Assembly (NCBI GenBank): GCA_963831565.1
Contig: CAWHQS010000006.1
Span: 32,156-96,155 of the forward strand
Length of the DNA stretch: 64,000 bases
Source of the DNA: Terriglobia bacterium
Lineage (GTDB): Bacteria > Acidobacteriota > Terriglobia > Terriglobales > Acidobacteriaceae
Direction of reading: 5' to 3'
Under the pieces are notes generated by a model that searched no databases, was not told the DNA's origin, and saw nothing but the letters and a program-made list of their open reading frames with translations. This document shows positions 62,442 through 64,000 of the stretch, in pieces. The translations under genes and the position numbers were made by a program. Positions within the stretch are counted from its first letter, which is position 1. Each line of letters opens with the position of its first letter.

Positions 62442-63865
62442 CCGGTGGGAGCACCCACCACCGAATTTCCCGGACCGCCGGCACTGGCCGTCGGTCCGGG
62501 CTTTTGACTGAATGGAGACTGGTAGGTCTTGAATCCGGCGCGTCGCATGCCCCGGATCGCTTCCGGGTTCTTCATGAAAGTATTCCAGACAAAGCCGGTG
62601 CGAGCGTTCTCCGCCATCAGCAGAGTGATTCCGGTGTCGATGGCGACCACGTCGCTGTCATACCAGTTTTTTAGCGGATTAAAAGCGTTCACGAATCCAT
62701 ACGTGCTCCAGGCGTTCGGGTATCGATTCCTGATGTTGCGAAGCACGTGCATGACGGGTTGGGGTAGAAACGGCAGCGAACCGCCAGTCGCGCTGGGAAC
62801 CACGCTGCCATCGATGGGGCCCATGGCGGGAGGCCCACCCCAAACCACGTAGCCTCTGTCCGAATCCGATGCGGTGATGCCCCAAAGTTCATCGCTATAG
62901 TCGGGAAATTGTTTTCCCAGTTCAACGCAGAAGCGGCGATGCACATCGGTGGCGATGGTGGAGTTTTGAAAATAATCCGCATAGCGGTCGCGCTTGCCGC
63001 GGAAATCGAACCAGGCCTGGGAATACTGGTGCACAAACAGGGGCGCGAACGACCCTATGTAACGCAGCCCGTCGTACTCGAAGATGTTTCGCTTCCAGGC
63101 GTCCCAGGTTTCCGCCTTCAGGGGATGGGAAGACGAGCCCATGCCCAGCAGATACATCATCATCAGCTCGCTGTAGTAATCCCAGCGATAAGGCAGGAAT
63201 CCCACTTCCGGGAGCCAGCCGTGAGGCAGCAGATTGGTGTCCTCCGAGAGCCAGGTCCAGTCCACGCGATCGAAAATCGCGCGGGCCAAGTCGCGGATTT
63301 CGGAATTTTCGAAGTGCTGCCGGCAGCACAGGATGCCGCACAGCAGAATGGCTGTGTCCACTGAAGAGATTTCCGAATCCCACAGCCTTTCGCCGGTATT
63401 GACGTTGGCGAAGTGATAGAAAAATCCGCGATGGTGGGGCAGGGTCTTCCACAGAAATCGTAACGAGTTGAGCACCCGGGCGCGCGCATCGTTCAGGGAA
63501 ATAAATCCGCGCTTTTCTCCGATGCAGAGCGCTGACAAGCCAAAGCCGGTGGCCGCGATGCTGGCCACCACGGCGTTGTCGGTCGATGCCTTCCGCGCGT
63601 TGCACCGGTCTTTGACCAGGCCGGTCAACGGATTGGCCTGCTCCCAGAAGTAGCAAAGGGTGGTTTGCTCGATTTCGTCCAGGAACTGGTCATCTTCCTG
63701 CGTAAGATAAGTTCTGACCGGAGGTGGCGCCGGGCGCGCGCGCTGCTCCGGCGAGGGCGAAGCGAATCCCCATTGCGTGCAGGGCAGGCAAATTCCCAGA
63801 CTGGCCATCTGCCTGAGAAACTGCCGGCGGGAACGGACTATGGGACCAAACTTCCTCTCATCCAC
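62438..63865 (-). CDS. secreted glycoside hydrolase, DUF3131 / GH144-like (glucoamylase-family annotation class), Tat signal
   Basis: A twin-arginine motif is present (SRRQFLRQMASLG). The (alpha/alpha)6-type blocks FWEQANPLTGLVKDR and ASIAATGFGLSAL support the call. The family assignment is tentative. Confidence 0.6.
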   Translation of the reverse strand: MDERKFGPIVRSRRQFLRQMASLGICLPCTQWGFASPSPEQRARPAPPPVRTYLTQEDDQFLDEIEQTTLCYFWEQANPLTGLVKDRCNARKASTDNAVVASIAATGFGLSALCIGEKRGFISLNDARARVLNSLRFLWKTLPHHRGFFYHFANVNTGERLWDSEISSVDTAILLCGILCCRQHFENSEIRDLARAIFDRVDWTWLSEDTNLLPHGWLPEVGFLPYRWDYYSELMMMYLLGMGSSSHPLKAETWDAWKRNIFEYDGLRYIGSFAPLFVHQYSQAWFDFRGKRDRYADYFQNSTIATDVHRRFCVELGKQFPDYSDELWGITASDSDRGYVVWGGPPAMGPIDGSVVPSATGGSLPFLPQPVMHVLRNIRNRYPNAWSTYGFVNAFNPLKNWYDSDVVAIDTGITLLMAENARTGFVWNTFMKNPEAIRGMRRAGFKTYQSPFSQKPGPTASAGGPGNSVVGAPTG

Positions 63866-64000
63866 TTCACAAATCTAAACGATCCTGCCCCGCGGGACGA
63901 TGGGGGAGGGCAAACTAGGGTAACAGGAATGGTTACACCGCCTGAGCCTAAAGACCTTGACGAAAGATTAGGCGAGACTAAAAAATCTGGTCTGCGGGCG

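Overview
This is 64 kb of high-GC bacterial chromosome. The outer-membrane and LPS genes and the GC-rich intergenic repeats suggest an Acidobacteriota/Terriglobia-like genome, but this is inference only because no search was possible. About 56 protein-coding genes can be supported, and most are housekeeping or metabolic. They include two tandem CrtI-like flavoproteins, a GcvT-like aminomethyltransferase and two APC permeases. There is a lipid A / outer-membrane group: an LpxL-like acyltransferase, lpxD, a GT2 glycosyltransferase and a TolC-family protein. Also present are truA, two aldehyde dehydrogenases, a LeuA-like synthase and many peptidases (DmpA, M20, DegP/HtrA, M17 PepA, and an M1 domain fused to an ABC permease). 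A complete cell-shape cluster, mreB-mreC-mreD-mrdA-rodA, is followed by an RNase E/G gene. The one classical accessory module is a RES/Xre (MbcT/MbcA-like) toxin-antitoxin pair. I saw no rRNA, tRNA, CRISPR array, integrase/transposase or recognisable multi-gene defence system, and no convincing undescribed multi-gene system. The most unusual signal is non-coding: nearly every intergenic gap holds a structured repeat. These fall into four groups: (i) hairpin elements whose two arms are inverted arrays of 7-8 bp tandem units (CGACCAA, GAAACCA, AGCTTCT, CAATCCGT and others); (ii) a 158-bp MITE-like element with 17-bp terminal inverted repeats, present twice; (iii) CCACGGAGGACAC palindromes, present three times; and (iv) GC-rich palindromes. 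These repeats inflate many ORF-track starts, so I trimmed those starts. Four single-base frameshifts interrupt three otherwise intact genes, and three of the four sit in G/C runs. They may be sequencing artefacts or real pseudogenes. All product names come from motif-level reading of the supplied translations, not from database searches.
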